Notes under the pieces: model-generated
The model's database searches: none
Told to the model about the DNA's origin: nothing
What the model saw: only the letters and a program-made list of their open reading frames with translations
Position numbers and translations under genes: made by a program
From: Kiritimatiellia bacterium
GTDB taxonomy: Bacteria; Verrucomicrobiota; Kiritimatiellia; JAAZAB01
Length of the DNA stretch: 64,000 nucleotides
Direction: 5' to 3'
Assembly: GCA_040767085.1 (NCBI GenBank)
Contig: JAXGPF010000003.1
Location: forward strand, 256,001 to 320,000
Shown here: positions 30,910 to 40,832 of the stretch, piece after piece
Position numbering within the stretch: position 1 is the stretch's first letter
Layout of the letters: the number at the start of each line of letters is the position of its first letter

Positions 30910-31881
30910 TTACCGCCATCGGGCGATTTCAGATCCTGCCGCCGCAATCGCATCCAGATGCTGCCGCCGGTACTTTTGCAAGGTTGGCAGCCAGGTGGTC
31001 TGCATAAACCCGTACAAGCGCCGGGACGCGATCTGCCGGCGGCCCAGCGCCACGACGCGTTTAAAATTGTCGGGCCGCGAGCAAGTGCTGGCGGCGGGCA
31101 CCTGGTCAAAACCGAGTTTTTCCAATTCCAGCCAGGCCTTGACCGGCTTTAACCGCAGGGTTTTGGTCATATTGCCATCCTGCGGATTAGCCCGCGCCAG
31201 CACCGCTTCCGGGCTCATGTTTTTATAATACCACCAATTGCTTTGCAAAACATCTTTGGGCATGCGCCGGGCAAATTCCGCGGGGTGGTACCATTGATAA
31301 TCCGACCAAATCCACGGCCGCGCGCCGCCGCGGCGCACCTGGTCGAACAATAATTCCTGGTCATGCCAATACAAGTCGAACTGGCGGATGGCGGCAAATT
31401 GATTGTAGATCTGGTTAACGGCGGTTTCCTCATCCATGCCCAAATGGAAAAAACGCGGATGATCGAATAATTCGATGACTTCCGCGATCAGGTCGCGGCA
31501 AACCCGGTAATACACGGCGGTTGAAAGTTGCCGTTCATACGGATCCAGCCAGGCATCATGCGCGGCGGAAAAATTCAGCTTGGGGATGGGTTCCAGGCCA
31601 TGATCGCGCAGCCGCGCCAATTCCCGCCGCAGGCTTGCAAGCGACCAGGCATGCCGGACGGCGATTTCGGGATGGCGGGAGTATCTGACGCCGTCACCCA
31701 AGTCCAGCACCACCATGTTCATGCCGGCCTGCGCCATGGCCTGAATAATTTCCGTCCACAGCCGATCGTCAAACCGCAACCGCGGCTGGGCAATGGCATC
31801 GTGGTGTTTGGCCGGCAAGGCGGACGGGGGGCAATCAAACCAGAAGTTATAACTCAAGTGGATTAAATTGGCCCAGATCAT
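30910..31881 (-). CDS. GH20-like TIM-barrel protein
   Basis: IWANLIHLSYN, IPKLNFS..HDAWL, FHLGMDEE (compare GH20 HxGGDE), WIWSD. Confidence 0.7.
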   Translation of the reverse strand: MIWANLIHLSYNFWFDCPPSALPAKHHDAIAQPRLRFDDRLWTEIIQAMAQAGMNMVVLDLGDGVRYSRHPEIAVRHAWSLASLRRELARLRDHGLEPIPKLNFSAAHDAWLDPYERQLSTAVYYRVCRDLIAEVIELFDHPRFFHLGMDEETAVNQIYNQFAAIRQFDLYWHDQELLFDQVRRGGARPWIWSDYQWYHPAEFARRMPKDVLQSNWWYYKNMSPEAVLARANPQDGNMTKTLRLKPVKAWLELEKLGFDQVPAASTCSRPDNFKRVVALGRRQIASRRLYGFMQTTWLPTLQKYRRQHLDAIAAAGSEIARWR

Positions 31882-31897
31882 TGTCTCTCCCAAAATA

Positions 31898-33136
31898 TCA
31901 ATGCCCCGAACACCGGCTCCGGCTGATGACGGCGTTCATCACCCGCATGAAATTTTCCCCGATGATTTTTTGAATTACATCGTCCCGGTATCCGCGCTGC
32001 ACCAACCCCGCGGTAAACAGCGGCCAGTTGGTCCACGCCAGACTGGCATCCGCCTCCGCGGAATATTTGCCTACCACGGCATCCGGCGGCCATAAATTCG
32101 GCCAGGCATGCGCGCCTTGGCATTGCCCCGCGGCGGCCAGTTGCTTGCGCACGCGCCGGGTGGACTCCGGCTCGCACACCACGTCCGTCCCGATGCCCAC
32201 GTGATCCTCGCCGAAATTCTTCACCGCGTAATCTATATGATCCAAAAGCGCATGGATATCGCCGCTGCGCCCCAGGAAGCCGCCCTGGGCGACAATGCCG
32301 ATCAGGCCGTCCTTGTCGGCAATCGCGCGCATGGTCGGATCGCTCTTGCCCCGGCAAGTCGGGCTGAGCGCGCGGCAGACGGTATGGCTGGCGATGATGG
32401 GCAGGTCGGATGCCAATGCGGCTTCACGGCTGGTGCGGTCGCCGGCATGCGCCACGTCCACCATGATCCCCACCCGATTCATTTCACGGATCGCCAGCCG
32501 GCCGAAATCGCTCAAGCCCCCGTCGGACGCTTCCCCGCAGCCGTCTCCCAGCAGGTTGCGCCGGTTATAGGTCAGGTGCATCATCCGGCAGCCCAGTTGG
32601 AAGAATACCGATAAAAAGCGCAATTCCGACTCCACCGTGCGGAATTCCCCGGCCACCGGCGTTTCGTTCACCCCTAGAATCAGCCCGTGCCGGCCGGCGG
32701 CTTTCAGTTCCGGGATTTGCTCCGCGCGCGTCACCTTGGCCAGCAATTCCGGGCAATTATCGGCGGCATGGGTAAAATGCGCCATGCGCTTGAGCAGTAT
32801 TCCGACTGCCGGACGTTCTTCGCCCGCGCTCAAAGCCACGCTGGTGACGCCCGACGTTTGCCAGGCCTGCTCAACCCAGGCGCGGGAGGCCGGGTCGTTG
32901 ACGAAGCCGGCCAGGGCCTTTTCCTCCCAGAATGCCTGCCGGTCATCCAGCGTACCGCCCGCTGCCGCCGCGGCGGCCAAATCCGTTTCCGTCACGATCG
33001 CGCGCGGGGCGAACCCGTAAACATCGCACACGAGGGACCCGGCATGCAGGTCCAATCCATGCTCCAATTCCGCGGCAGATGGCTTAAGCGCGGCCAAACC
33101 CGCTTCCCATGCGTTTTTGAATTCGTTTGATTTCAT
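31898..33136 (-). CDS. M19 membrane dipeptidase-family amidohydrolase
   Basis: HLTYNRRNLLGDGC, GLSDFG, MNRVGIMVDVAH, SHT, HIDY, HVGIGTD, GENFMRV. Confidence 0.85.
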   Translation of the reverse strand: MKSNEFKNAWEAGLAALKPSAAELEHGLDLHAGSLVCDVYGFAPRAIVTETDLAAAAAAGGTLDDRQAFWEEKALAGFVNDPASRAWVEQAWQTSGVTSVALSAGEERPAVGILLKRMAHFTHAADNCPELLAKVTRAEQIPELKAAGRHGLILGVNETPVAGEFRTVESELRFLSVFFQLGCRMMHLTYNRRNLLGDGCGEASDGGLSDFGRLAIREMNRVGIMVDVAHAGDRTSREAALASDLPIIASHTVCRALSPTCRGKSDPTMRAIADKDGLIGIVAQGGFLGRSGDIHALLDHIDYAVKNFGEDHVGIGTDVVCEPESTRRVRKQLAAAGQCQGAHAWPNLWPPDAVVGKYSAEADASLAWTNWPLFTAGLVQRGYRDDVIQKIIGENFMRVMNAVISRSRCSGH

Positions 33137-33148
33137 GTTGTTATTAAT

Positions 33149-34682
33149 GTTTCCTCACCAGAATTTGTGGGTGATTACCGGTTCGGGCAATTGCCCAAGG
33201 GTATGATATAGCGCCATTTCCGCGCCATGAAAAGTTCTGAAGCCATAAGATCGTTTGGTAACCACTCGAGCTTTATTGTTCAAGCCCTCGGTTGCGCCAG
33301 TAAAAACCTCGTTTCTGGCTCTGATCCAGTTCAAAAGCAGCTCCTCGTGTTTAGCAATGGTTTTAGCCGCCTTAATGATTGGCGCAATGCGGCTACGACA
33401 GGCGCGCTTGACCCATGCCTGGAGATAATTACGCGCCCAGGTTGGGCTGTGATAGCTCCAAAAATGCTGAAAGCTTTCCTTGAACAAATAGGCGCGGCCG
33501 GTTTGCAGTCTTGTGCCCAATATCCGATCAAGCATTTCGCGAGCTTTGCCGCGCACGCGGGTTTTGCGGCGCAGCAAGGTCCAGCGCATTTTCTTGAGTT
33601 TTTGCTTGGCCGCCGGACGCGCTGTCATCGCCGCCATATCCCGGCGCCGGACCTCGTCCACGGCGGCATTCAAGGTTTGCACGACATGGAAGCGGTCAAT
33701 CATGTGGCAACCGTGGCTGAGGCTCGCAGCAATGACTTTCAGATAAGGTCGCCACATATCGCTACATATATGTCGAATGCCGGCCAGCACGGGTTTTCCC
33801 AAAGATTGCAACCCTTTACGCAGCGCGGCCGCCCGGCGGGTTTGGCCGACCCAGAGCAATCGGCGGCATTGCGCATCAATCTGATAGATCAAGGTCAGAT
33901 AGTTCTTGCTCTTTTTACCGTTGCCTACGTGGAGTTCATCAACACCAATCGCCGTTATATTGGCCAATTCCCGGTGCGCCAAGCCCCATTCCACCATCCA
34001 CTCGACCGACCGATAAACCGCCTGCCAACTGACTTTGAAAATCAGCGCCGTCTCTTTCCAGGACAACCTCCGCGCCCAGTTCCCCAAAAAAAGCATCAGC
34101 GCCTTGCTGTAGGGTCGTTTGCCATCGCTCCAAGGCAGCGCTTCCACCACCACGCCATGTTCGGGGCAATTTACCCGGCGCGGACTATAATGCAAAAAAG
34201 CCGGCACATTCAAAATGGGCACAAACGCCCATATCCGTTCAGGCAGAGTGTCGTATGTCGCCAGCGGTCGCCCGCAACGCGAGCAGCATGCCGCGCGTTG
34301 GCGATGCGGACGAATGCTTATATCCACTTTCCATTGGCCGCGACGATCCAAAACCATACAAGTTTCCTGATAAATAAAACGTTTCAAAGGTTGCAAACGA
34401 TTCAAAATTGTTTTAAGTTTCACCTTGGGCTGGTCCTCCTTTTTTTGTGTTCACCCATTGCATACGCAATGGATTACGGAAAGGCCAGCCTATTTTTTTG
34501 CCGCCGCTTTATCTCCGTTCCGCCATCGCGCCAATCAGGAGTTATTAATCAGGCTGCTGCGGGGCCGCCAAACGCCCAAAGCGGCAGGCTGTTAATAACT
34601 CCACCATCTTTTGGCGCCATTGCTTGGAGAACTTCTTAAACTTTAAAACCTGTTTTTTACCCACAAATTCTGGTTAGGAGCC
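33149..34682 (-). mobile_element. ISL3-family insertion sequence, copy 1 (1534 bp)
   Basis: 24-bp IRs GGCTCCTAACCAGAATTTGTGGGT / GTTTCCTCACCAGAATTTGTGGGT (21/24). The transposase stop lies inside the IR. Confidence 0.9.
33155..34423 (-). CDS. ISL3-family transposase
   Basis: Zn-finger CSRCG / CPEHG, GVDE, DMWRPY, DRFH, EGLNNK..V..KRSYGFR. Confidence 0.95.
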   Translation of the reverse strand: MKLKTILNRLQPLKRFIYQETCMVLDRRGQWKVDISIRPHRQRAACCSRCGRPLATYDTLPERIWAFVPILNVPAFLHYSPRRVNCPEHGVVVEALPWSDGKRPYSKALMLFLGNWARRLSWKETALIFKVSWQAVYRSVEWMVEWGLAHRELANITAIGVDELHVGNGKKSKNYLTLIYQIDAQCRRLLWVGQTRRAAALRKGLQSLGKPVLAGIRHICSDMWRPYLKVIAASLSHGCHMIDRFHVVQTLNAAVDEVRRRDMAAMTARPAAKQKLKKMRWTLLRRKTRVRGKAREMLDRILGTRLQTGRAYLFKESFQHFWSYHSPTWARNYLQAWVKRACRSRIAPIIKAAKTIAKHEELLLNWIRARNEVFTGATEGLNNKARVVTKRSYGFRTFHGAEMALYHTLGQLPEPVITHKFW

Positions 34683-34688
34683 GTTTTT

Positions 34689-36222
34689 GTTTCCTCACCA
34701 GAATTTGTGGGTGATTACCGGTTCGGGCAATTGCCCAAGGGTATGATATAGCGCCATTTCCGCGCCATGAAAAGTTCTGAAGCCATAAGATCGTTTGGTA
34801 ACCACTCGAGCTTTATTGTTCAAGCCCTCGGTTGCGCCAGTAAAAACCTCGTTTCTGGCTCTGATCCAGTTCAAAAGCAGCTCCTCGTGTTTAGCAATGG
34901 TTTTAGCCGCCTTAATGATTGGCGCAATGCGGCTACGACAGGCGCGCTTGACCCATGCCTGGAGATAATTACGCGCCCAGGTTGGGCTGTGATAGCTCCA
35001 AAAATGCTGAAAGCTTTCCTTGAACAAATAGGCGCGGCCGGTTTGCAGTCTTGTGCCCAATATCCGATCAAGCATTTCGCGAGCTTTGCCGCGCACGCGG
35101 GTTTTGCGGCGCAGCAAGGTCCAGCGCATTTTCTTGAGTTTTTGCTTGGCCGCCGGACGCGCTGTCATCGCCGCCATATCCCGGCGCCGGACCTCGTCCA
35201 CGGCGGCATTCAAGGTTTGCACGACATGGAAGCGGTCAATCATGTGGCAACCGTGGCTGAGGCTCGCAGCAATGACTTTCAGATAAGGTCGCCACATATC
35301 GCTACATATATGTCGAATGCCGGCCAGCACGGGTTTTCCCAAAGATTGCAACCCTTTACGCAGCGCGGCCGCCCGGCGGGTTTGGCCGACCCAGAGCAAT
35401 CGGCGGCATTGCGCATCAATCTGATAGATCAAGGTCAGATAGTTCTTGCTCTTTTTACCGTTGCCTACGTGGAGTTCATCAACACCAATCGCCGTTATAT
35501 TGGCCAATTCCCGGTGCGCCAAGCCCCATTCCACCATCCACTCGACCGACCGATAAACCGCCTGCCAACTGACTTTGAAAATCAGCGCCGTCTCTTTCCA
35601 GGACAACCTCCGCGCCCAGTTCCCCAAAAAAAGCATCAGCGCCTTGCTGTAGGGTCGTTTGCCATCGCTCCAAGGCAGCGCTTCCACCACCACGCCATGT
35701 TCGGGGCAATTTACCCGGCGCGGACTATAATGCAAAAAAGCCGGCACATTCAAAATGGGCACAAACGCCCATATCCGTTCAGGCAGAGTGTCGTATGTCG
35801 CCAGCGGTCGCCCGCAACGCGAGCAGCATGCCGCGCGTTGGCGATGCGGACGAATGCTTATATCCACTTTCCATTGGCCGCGACGATCCAAAACCATACA
35901 AGTTTCCTGATAAATAAAACGTTTCAAAGGTTGCAAACGATTCAAAATTGTTTTAAGTTTCACCTTGGGCTGGTCCTCCTTTTTTTGTGTTCACCCATTG
36001 CATACGCAATGGATTACGGAAAGGCCAGCCTATTTTTTTGCCGCCGCTTTATCTCCGTTCCGCCATCGCGCCAATCAGGAGTTATTAATCAGGCTGCTGC
36101 GGGGCCGCCAAACGCCCAAAGCGGCAGGCTGTTAATAACTCCACCATCTTTTGGCGCCATTGCTTGGAGAACTTCTTAAACTTTAAAACCTGTTTTTTAC
36201 CCACAAATTCTGGTTAGGAGCC
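34689..36222 (-). mobile_element. ISL3-family insertion sequence, copy 2 (tandem, 6-bp spacer GTTTTT)
   Basis: Appears identical to copy 1 at an offset of 1540 bp. Confidence 0.9.
34695..35963 (-). CDS. ISL3-family transposase
   Basis: Protein identical to 33155-34423. Confidence 0.95.
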   Translation of the reverse strand: MKLKTILNRLQPLKRFIYQETCMVLDRRGQWKVDISIRPHRQRAACCSRCGRPLATYDTLPERIWAFVPILNVPAFLHYSPRRVNCPEHGVVVEALPWSDGKRPYSKALMLFLGNWARRLSWKETALIFKVSWQAVYRSVEWMVEWGLAHRELANITAIGVDELHVGNGKKSKNYLTLIYQIDAQCRRLLWVGQTRRAAALRKGLQSLGKPVLAGIRHICSDMWRPYLKVIAASLSHGCHMIDRFHVVQTLNAAVDEVRRRDMAAMTARPAAKQKLKKMRWTLLRRKTRVRGKAREMLDRILGTRLQTGRAYLFKESFQHFWSYHSPTWARNYLQAWVKRACRSRIAPIIKAAKTIAKHEELLLNWIRARNEVFTGATEGLNNKARVVTKRSYGFRTFHGAEMALYHTLGQLPEPVITHKFW

Positions 36223-36588
36223 ATGTTTTTTTATGACATCCGCGCGGTAGTCATCCACATGGCAGCAGGCCATCACGCCATCCTGCGCATGCGCGCCCTG
36301 TTGCAGGCGGTAGAGATAAAACGCCGGGGCGGACTCCTGGACCAGGATGCCCTGCCGGCGCCAGGCGTCAAAGTTTTTCCGCGCATGGGCGTAAACTTCC
36401 GGTGCGTAGGGATCGGTGTTTTCCGGCAGCTCGATCTCGGCGCGGGAGATGCGCAAAAAACTGTAGGGATTGTCCGCCGCCAGGGCGGCGGCTTCCCGGC
36501 GGTCAACCACATCGTAAGGCACGCCGGCCACCTGCGCCGCGCGCTCCGGCGCCGGCCGCCAGGCGCGGAATGGGTTCACTCGCAACAT
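36214..36588 (-). pseudogene. DUF1015-family gene truncated by ISL3
   Basis: PFRAWRP, PYDVV, NPYSFL, FYLYR, then cut at VIKKH exactly at the IS end. The remainder is not in the window. Confidence 0.85.
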
Positions 36589-36595
36589 TGCGTTC

Positions 36596-37153
36596 TCAAA
36601 GTGTGTTTTGCCACTCGTCGCGTTCGGCGCGCGTGCTTTCCTGGCTGCTGACGATTTCCGTCACGTTAACCTTGACCGCGGCGATCTCGGAAATGCCCAG
36701 GCTGTCGCGCATGCTGTCGCGCACGCGCTGCTGCAGCAACTGCGAGAGTTCCTGGATTTTCGTTCCGGCCTTGACGGTCAGGTCCAGCCGGATTTCCACC
36801 GCGTCACGACCCGATCCGGAAATATCGGAACGCAGGTTGACGATGCCGGCAAATTCCTGGCTGAGCTTGGCCAGAAACTCGTTCACCGCGCTGATGCTGA
36901 TGCTGACGGCGCCGCCTTCGCTGTCAAACGACAGGAAGCGCTCCTTGCGGGCGCGCGCCGGCACGGCGGTGATCCAGTAAAACGCCACCGCGATAATGAA
37001 GGCGGCTCCCAGCGCCAGCCGGCCGGCGGGCGCGGTGAACAGGAACTCGCCGAAGGAATACTTGACGCCCAGGAAGTCGGCCAGCAGGAACCAACCCAAA
37101 AGCAGCAGTCCCGCGGAAATCGCCACGCTGACCAGGAAATGTAAGATTTTCAT
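36596..37153 (-). CDS. amaP: alkaline shock response membrane anchor AmaP-like protein
   Basis: Two N-terminal TM helices, EGGAVSISISAV and an Asp23-like C-terminal domain. Coupled to the Asp23 gene. Confidence 0.7.
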   Translation of the reverse strand: MKILHFLVSVAISAGLLLLGWFLLADFLGVKYSFGEFLFTAPAGRLALGAAFIIAVAFYWITAVPARARKERFLSFDSEGGAVSISISAVNEFLAKLSQEFAGIVNLRSDISGSGRDAVEIRLDLTVKAGTKIQELSQLLQQRVRDSMRDSLGISEIAAVKVNVTEIVSSQESTRAERDEWQNTL

Positions 37154-37614
37154 TGTTGCCTATCCTCCTTTTTCTTGTTGGGCAGGATGCGGACCTCCTG
37201 CACGATCACATCCACCGCCGCGACGGTTTTGCCGGTCATTTCCGCCACCGCCCGCCGCACGTCATTTTGAATCTGCCAGGCCACATCCGGAATGCGCACG
37301 CCGTATTCCAGCGCCACATGCAATTCAATCCGCAGGCTCTGGCCCTGTTCGTCCATGGCCACGCGCACACCGCGGTCGGTTTTGCCGATGATATTGGCCA
37401 GGCCTTCGGCAAACGAGCCGCTCAGCTCCACCACGCCCGGCACCAGCAGGGCGGCATTGCGGGCAATCACCGTGATCACTCCGTGGTGAATCCGCACCGC
37501 GCCGTATTCGCCAACCGTTTCCGCCGCCGGCGCCGCCCCCGCGGACTGGTCAACCGTCAGTTCCTTGTGATTTTTCAAACCTGCCTCCCGGTAATTTTTA
37601 TTTCGCCGCCCCAA
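37150..37614 (-). CDS. Asp23/Gls24-family protein
   Basis: GAVRIH..VI..IA..AA..VPGV, GVRV, YGVRIPDVA..IQ..V...V..MTG..V..VDV. Start uncertain. Confidence 0.9.
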   Translation of the reverse strand: MGRRNKNYREAGLKNHKELTVDQSAGAAPAAETVGEYGAVRIHHGVITVIARNAALLVPGVVELSGSFAEGLANIIGKTDRGVRVAMDEQGQSLRIELHVALEYGVRIPDVAWQIQNDVRRAVAEMTGKTVAAVDVIVQEVRILPNKKKEDRQQ

Positions 37615-38965
37615 ACGATGGGTCGGTCTTTAAAAAATTGTCCAAAAACGCCGTATGATATATGCCGCGCCGGAACAAGGCGTCATGCATGATCGCCTGC
37701 CCCAGCGGCACGGTTGTCTTGACGCCTTCAATCATGAATTCACCCAGCGCCCGCGACATGCGGCTGATGGCCTCCTCGCGGTTGTCGGCCCAGACAATGA
37801 TCTTGGCCAGCATGCTGTCATAATACGGGCAGACCTCGTAGCCGCTGTAAATGTGCGAATCCACCCGCACCCCGGGCCCGCCCGGAAACAGCACCCACTC
37901 CACCCGGCCGGGCGACGGCGCGAAATTGTTGAAGGGGTTTTCGGCATTGACGCGCCACTCGATCACATGCCCGCGCGGCCGGATATCGCGCTGCTCGAAG
38001 GACAGCTTTTCGCCGGCGGCGATTTTCAGTTGTTCCTTGATGATGTCAATGCCGCTGGCGATTTCCGTCACCGGATGCTCCACCTGCACCCGGGTGTTCA
38101 TTTCCATGAAGTAAAAATTGCCCGTGCCGTCGAGCAGGAATTCGATCGTCCCGGCATTGCGGTAGCCGATGGACTCCGCGGCGCGCACGGCGGCCTTGAT
38201 CATTTTCCGGCGCTGGCCGGCGTCCAGCACGGGACAGGGGGTTTCCTCGAGCAGCTTCTGGTGCCGGCGCTGGATGCTGCAATCGCGCTCGCCCAGGGCC
38301 AGCGTATGGCCGTGGTGGTCCGCCAGGATTTGCACTTCCACATGCCGGGCATTATCGATATATTTTTCGATGTAAACGTCGGGGGTGCCGAAAGCCTGCT
38401 CGGCTTCGTTGCTGGCCATGATGAATCCCTGCGCCAGGCTGATGTCGTTATGCGCGATCCGCATGCCCTTGCCGCCGCCGCCCGCCGCGGCTTTGATCAG
38501 CACCGGATACCCGTAGCGGCGGGCGATTTCCAGGGATTCCTCCGGGGTTTTCACCACCGCCTTGCTGCCCGGGATGGTCGGCACGCCGATTTTTTGCATG
38601 GTGGCGCGGGCGACCGCCTTGTCGCCCATTTTCTTGATGTTATCGGCGGAGGGCCCGATGAAAGTAATGTTGCAGCTTTCGCAAATCTGGACGAAGTGCG
38701 CGTTCTCGGCCAGGAACCCGTAGCCCGGGTGGATGGCATCCACATCCGCCACTTCCGCGGCGCTGATGATGTTGGCAATTTTCAGATAACTGTCCTTGGC
38801 CGCCGCCGGCCCGATGCAGATGGCTTCGTCGGCCATCTGGACGTGCAGGGAATTGGCGTCCACATCCGAGTAAACCGCGACGGTTTTAACCCCCAGCTCA
38901 CGGCAGGCGCGGATGATGCGCACGGCGATTTCGCCGCGGTTTGCGATCAGCACTCGATTGAACAT
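37598..38965 (-). CDS. accC: acetyl-CoA carboxylase biotin carboxylase
   Basis: ANRGEIA, HPGYGFLAEN, GGGGKGM, RDCSIQRRHQK, EMNTRVQVEH, YYDSM. Confidence 0.97.
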   Translation of the reverse strand: MFNRVLIANRGEIAVRIIRACRELGVKTVAVYSDVDANSLHVQMADEAICIGPAAAKDSYLKIANIISAAEVADVDAIHPGYGFLAENAHFVQICESCNITFIGPSADNIKKMGDKAVARATMQKIGVPTIPGSKAVVKTPEESLEIARRYGYPVLIKAAAGGGGKGMRIAHNDISLAQGFIMASNEAEQAFGTPDVYIEKYIDNARHVEVQILADHHGHTLALGERDCSIQRRHQKLLEETPCPVLDAGQRRKMIKAAVRAAESIGYRNAGTIEFLLDGTGNFYFMEMNTRVQVEHPVTEIASGIDIIKEQLKIAAGEKLSFEQRDIRPRGHVIEWRVNAENPFNNFAPSPGRVEWVLFPGGPGVRVDSHIYSGYEVCPYYDSMLAKIIVWADNREEAISRMSRALGEFMIEGVKTTVPLGQAIMHDALFRRGIYHTAFLDNFLKTDPSFGAAK

Positions 38966-38968
38966 GGT

Positions 38969-39403
38969 TTAAATCTTTTCGATTTTAAACAACGGTTGCC
39001 CATACTGGACCGGGCGGGCGTTTTCCACCAGGATTTCGCGGATGACGCCGCGCACTTCCGCCTTGATTTCATTCATGACCTTCATGGCTTCCACGATGCA
39101 CAAGACGCTGTCCGGGGTGACTTCCTGGCCGATTTTCACGTAGGGCGGCGAATCCGGCGATGCCGCCGCGTAAAAGGTGCCGACGAACGGGGCTTTGACG
39201 ACTTCACAATTCGGGTCCTCGGCCGGGGCGGCCGGCGCGGCGGCGGCCGGCGCGGCGGGCGCCGCCGGCACCGGCAGCGGCACGGCCGGAGGCGGAGCGC
39301 CGCGCTTGATGGCAATGCGCCGCCCTTCTTCCTCCATCTCGAATTCCACCAGGTCGTTGGCCAGCATCAATTCCACGACATCCTTGATTTCGTCCAATTT
39401 CAT
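38969..39403 (-). CDS. accB: biotin carboxyl carrier protein
   Basis: Pro/Ala linker, VGTFY, EAMKVMNEI. Confidence 0.97.
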   Translation of the reverse strand: MKLDEIKDVVELMLANDLVEFEMEEEGRRIAIKRGAPPPAVPLPVPAAPAAPAAAAPAAPAEDPNCEVVKAPFVGTFYAAASPDSPPYVKIGQEVTPDSVLCIVEAMKVMNEIKAEVRGVIREILVENARPVQYGQPLFKIEKI

Positions 39404-39885
39404 ACATGCCCCTTCTTGTTTGCCGCCGGACTGCCGGCCAGATGTTCCAACAACCCGTCCAAAGCCAGCCGATAACCCGCCGGGCCGAAGCCCATGATCT
39501 GGCCCAGGCAGGCGCCGGCTGTCAGGCTGCGGTGGCGGAAATCATCGCGCGCCGCGGTGTTGGACAGGTGCACTTCCACACAAGGCAGTTCCGCCGCCTG
39601 CAAGGCGTCGCGCAAGGCCACGCTGGTATGCGTAAAGCCCGCCGGGTTGACGATCAGCCCGTGGCAAACGCCGCGCGCCGCCAGGATGCGCTCCACCAAC
39701 ACCCCTTCCACATCGCTCTGCGCCGCCTCCACGCGCGCGCCGCGCGCCCGTCCGTAGGCGGCGAGTTGCCGCATGATTTCATCCAGCGTGGCCGTACCGT
39801 AAATGGCCGGCTCGCGCGCGCCGAGCAGGCCCAGATTCGGCCCGTTCAACACCAGTATTTTAAACTGACGGCTTGGTTTTTGCAT
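39400..39885 (-). CDS. aroQ: type II 3-dehydroquinate dehydratase
   Basis: LNGPNL..LG.REP..YG, NPAGFTHTSVALRDA, EVHLSN. Confidence 0.96.
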   Translation of the reverse strand: MQKPSRQFKILVLNGPNLGLLGAREPAIYGTATLDEIMRQLAAYGRARGARVEAAQSDVEGVLVERILAARGVCHGLIVNPAGFTHTSVALRDALQAAELPCVEVHLSNTAARDDFRHRSLTAGACLGQIMGFGPAGYRLALDGLLEHLAGSPAANKKGHV

Positions 39886-39932
39886 TCGATTGCAGGGAGT
39901 TTACCAGTTTCCATGAGCCGCTGCCAAGCATT

Positions 39933-40748
39933 TTAATGACGACCCGGGCGATCTTCGGCAATGGGGCTGACGGACGCGGCATCCACTTCCACCACCCGCT
40001 GGTCCGGCAAGCACACCCGCACCTTCCGGGTCAAGGGTTTGACGTCCACCACCCGCCCTTCACCCTCGGGACAGGATACACGATCGTTCAACCGCGGCAG
40101 GTCCTCGCATTGCTCCACGTAGCAGGCATGCTCGAAGCGCAGGCAGCATTTCAGCCGGCCGCACATGCCGTTCAGGTTGGCGGGATTCAAAGCCAGCCCC
40201 TGCTGCTTGGCCATGCGCATGGTGACATTGTCAAACTCGCTCAGCCAGGTGGAACAGCACAGGCGCCGCCCGCAAGGCGCATAGCCGCCCATCATGGCCG
40301 CCACGCTGCGCGCGCCAATCTGGCGCATTTCGATCCGGGCGCGCAATTCCGCCGCCAGGCTCTGCACCAGTTGCCGGAAGTCCACGCGCTCTTCCGCCGC
40401 ATACAGCACCTTGATCAAAGAGCGGTCGAGCGAATACCGCACCTTCAACAAGCGCATCTCCAGGTTCAATTCCCGGATTTTTTCCTGACACCGCTTCCAG
40501 GCCGTGCGCGCAAACAAAGCGTTTTCACTGGCCTGCGACTGATCCTGCAGCGTGGCCCGCCGCAGCACCTGCGGCAGATCGCCCGGCGCGGCCACGGGCT
40601 CGTCCGCCAGCATCACCACCCGCCCGCATTCCAGCAGTTCGTCGGCCTTCAACACGCAGGTATCGCCGGCGGCAATCGCCAGGTCCAGCGGGCAAAAGGC
40701 CTTGACCGGATGCGGCTCGTTGCAATCGATGTAAAGTATGCGAAACAT
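39933..40748 (-). CDS. ricT: PSP1-domain RicT/YaaT-family protein
   Basis: RVDFRQLV, RIEMRQIG, CGRRLCC, MAKQQ..LNP..G.CGRLKCCL. Confidence 0.88.
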   Translation of the reverse strand: MFRILYIDCNEPHPVKAFCPLDLAIAAGDTCVLKADELLECGRVVMLADEPVAAPGDLPQVLRRATLQDQSQASENALFARTAWKRCQEKIRELNLEMRLLKVRYSLDRSLIKVLYAAEERVDFRQLVQSLAAELRARIEMRQIGARSVAAMMGGYAPCGRRLCCSTWLSEFDNVTMRMAKQQGLALNPANLNGMCGRLKCCLRFEHACYVEQCEDLPRLNDRVSCPEGEGRVVDVKPLTRKVRVCLPDQRVVEVDAASVSPIAEDRPGRH

Positions 40749-40760
40749 AAGCAATTCCGA

Positions 40761-40830
40761 CTACTGACGACTGATCACTGATGACTGATCACTGATTACT
40801 GACCACTGATAACTGATCACTGATGACTGC
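40761..40830. repeat. tandem heptamer array, 10 x NNACTGA
   Basis: CTACTGA CGACTGA TCACTGA TGACTGA TCACTGA TTACTGA CCACTGA TAACTGA TCACTGA TGACTGC. Confidence 0.9.
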
Positions 40831-40832
40831 TT

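Noticed and set aside
33227-36179. 470-aa plus-strand ORFs inside the ISL3 copies
   Set aside because: They are antisense shadows of the transposase with no recognisable motif.
40761-40830. Repeat arrays as CRISPR
   Set aside because: Units are 7-9 bp with no unique spacers, and there are no cas genes in the window.
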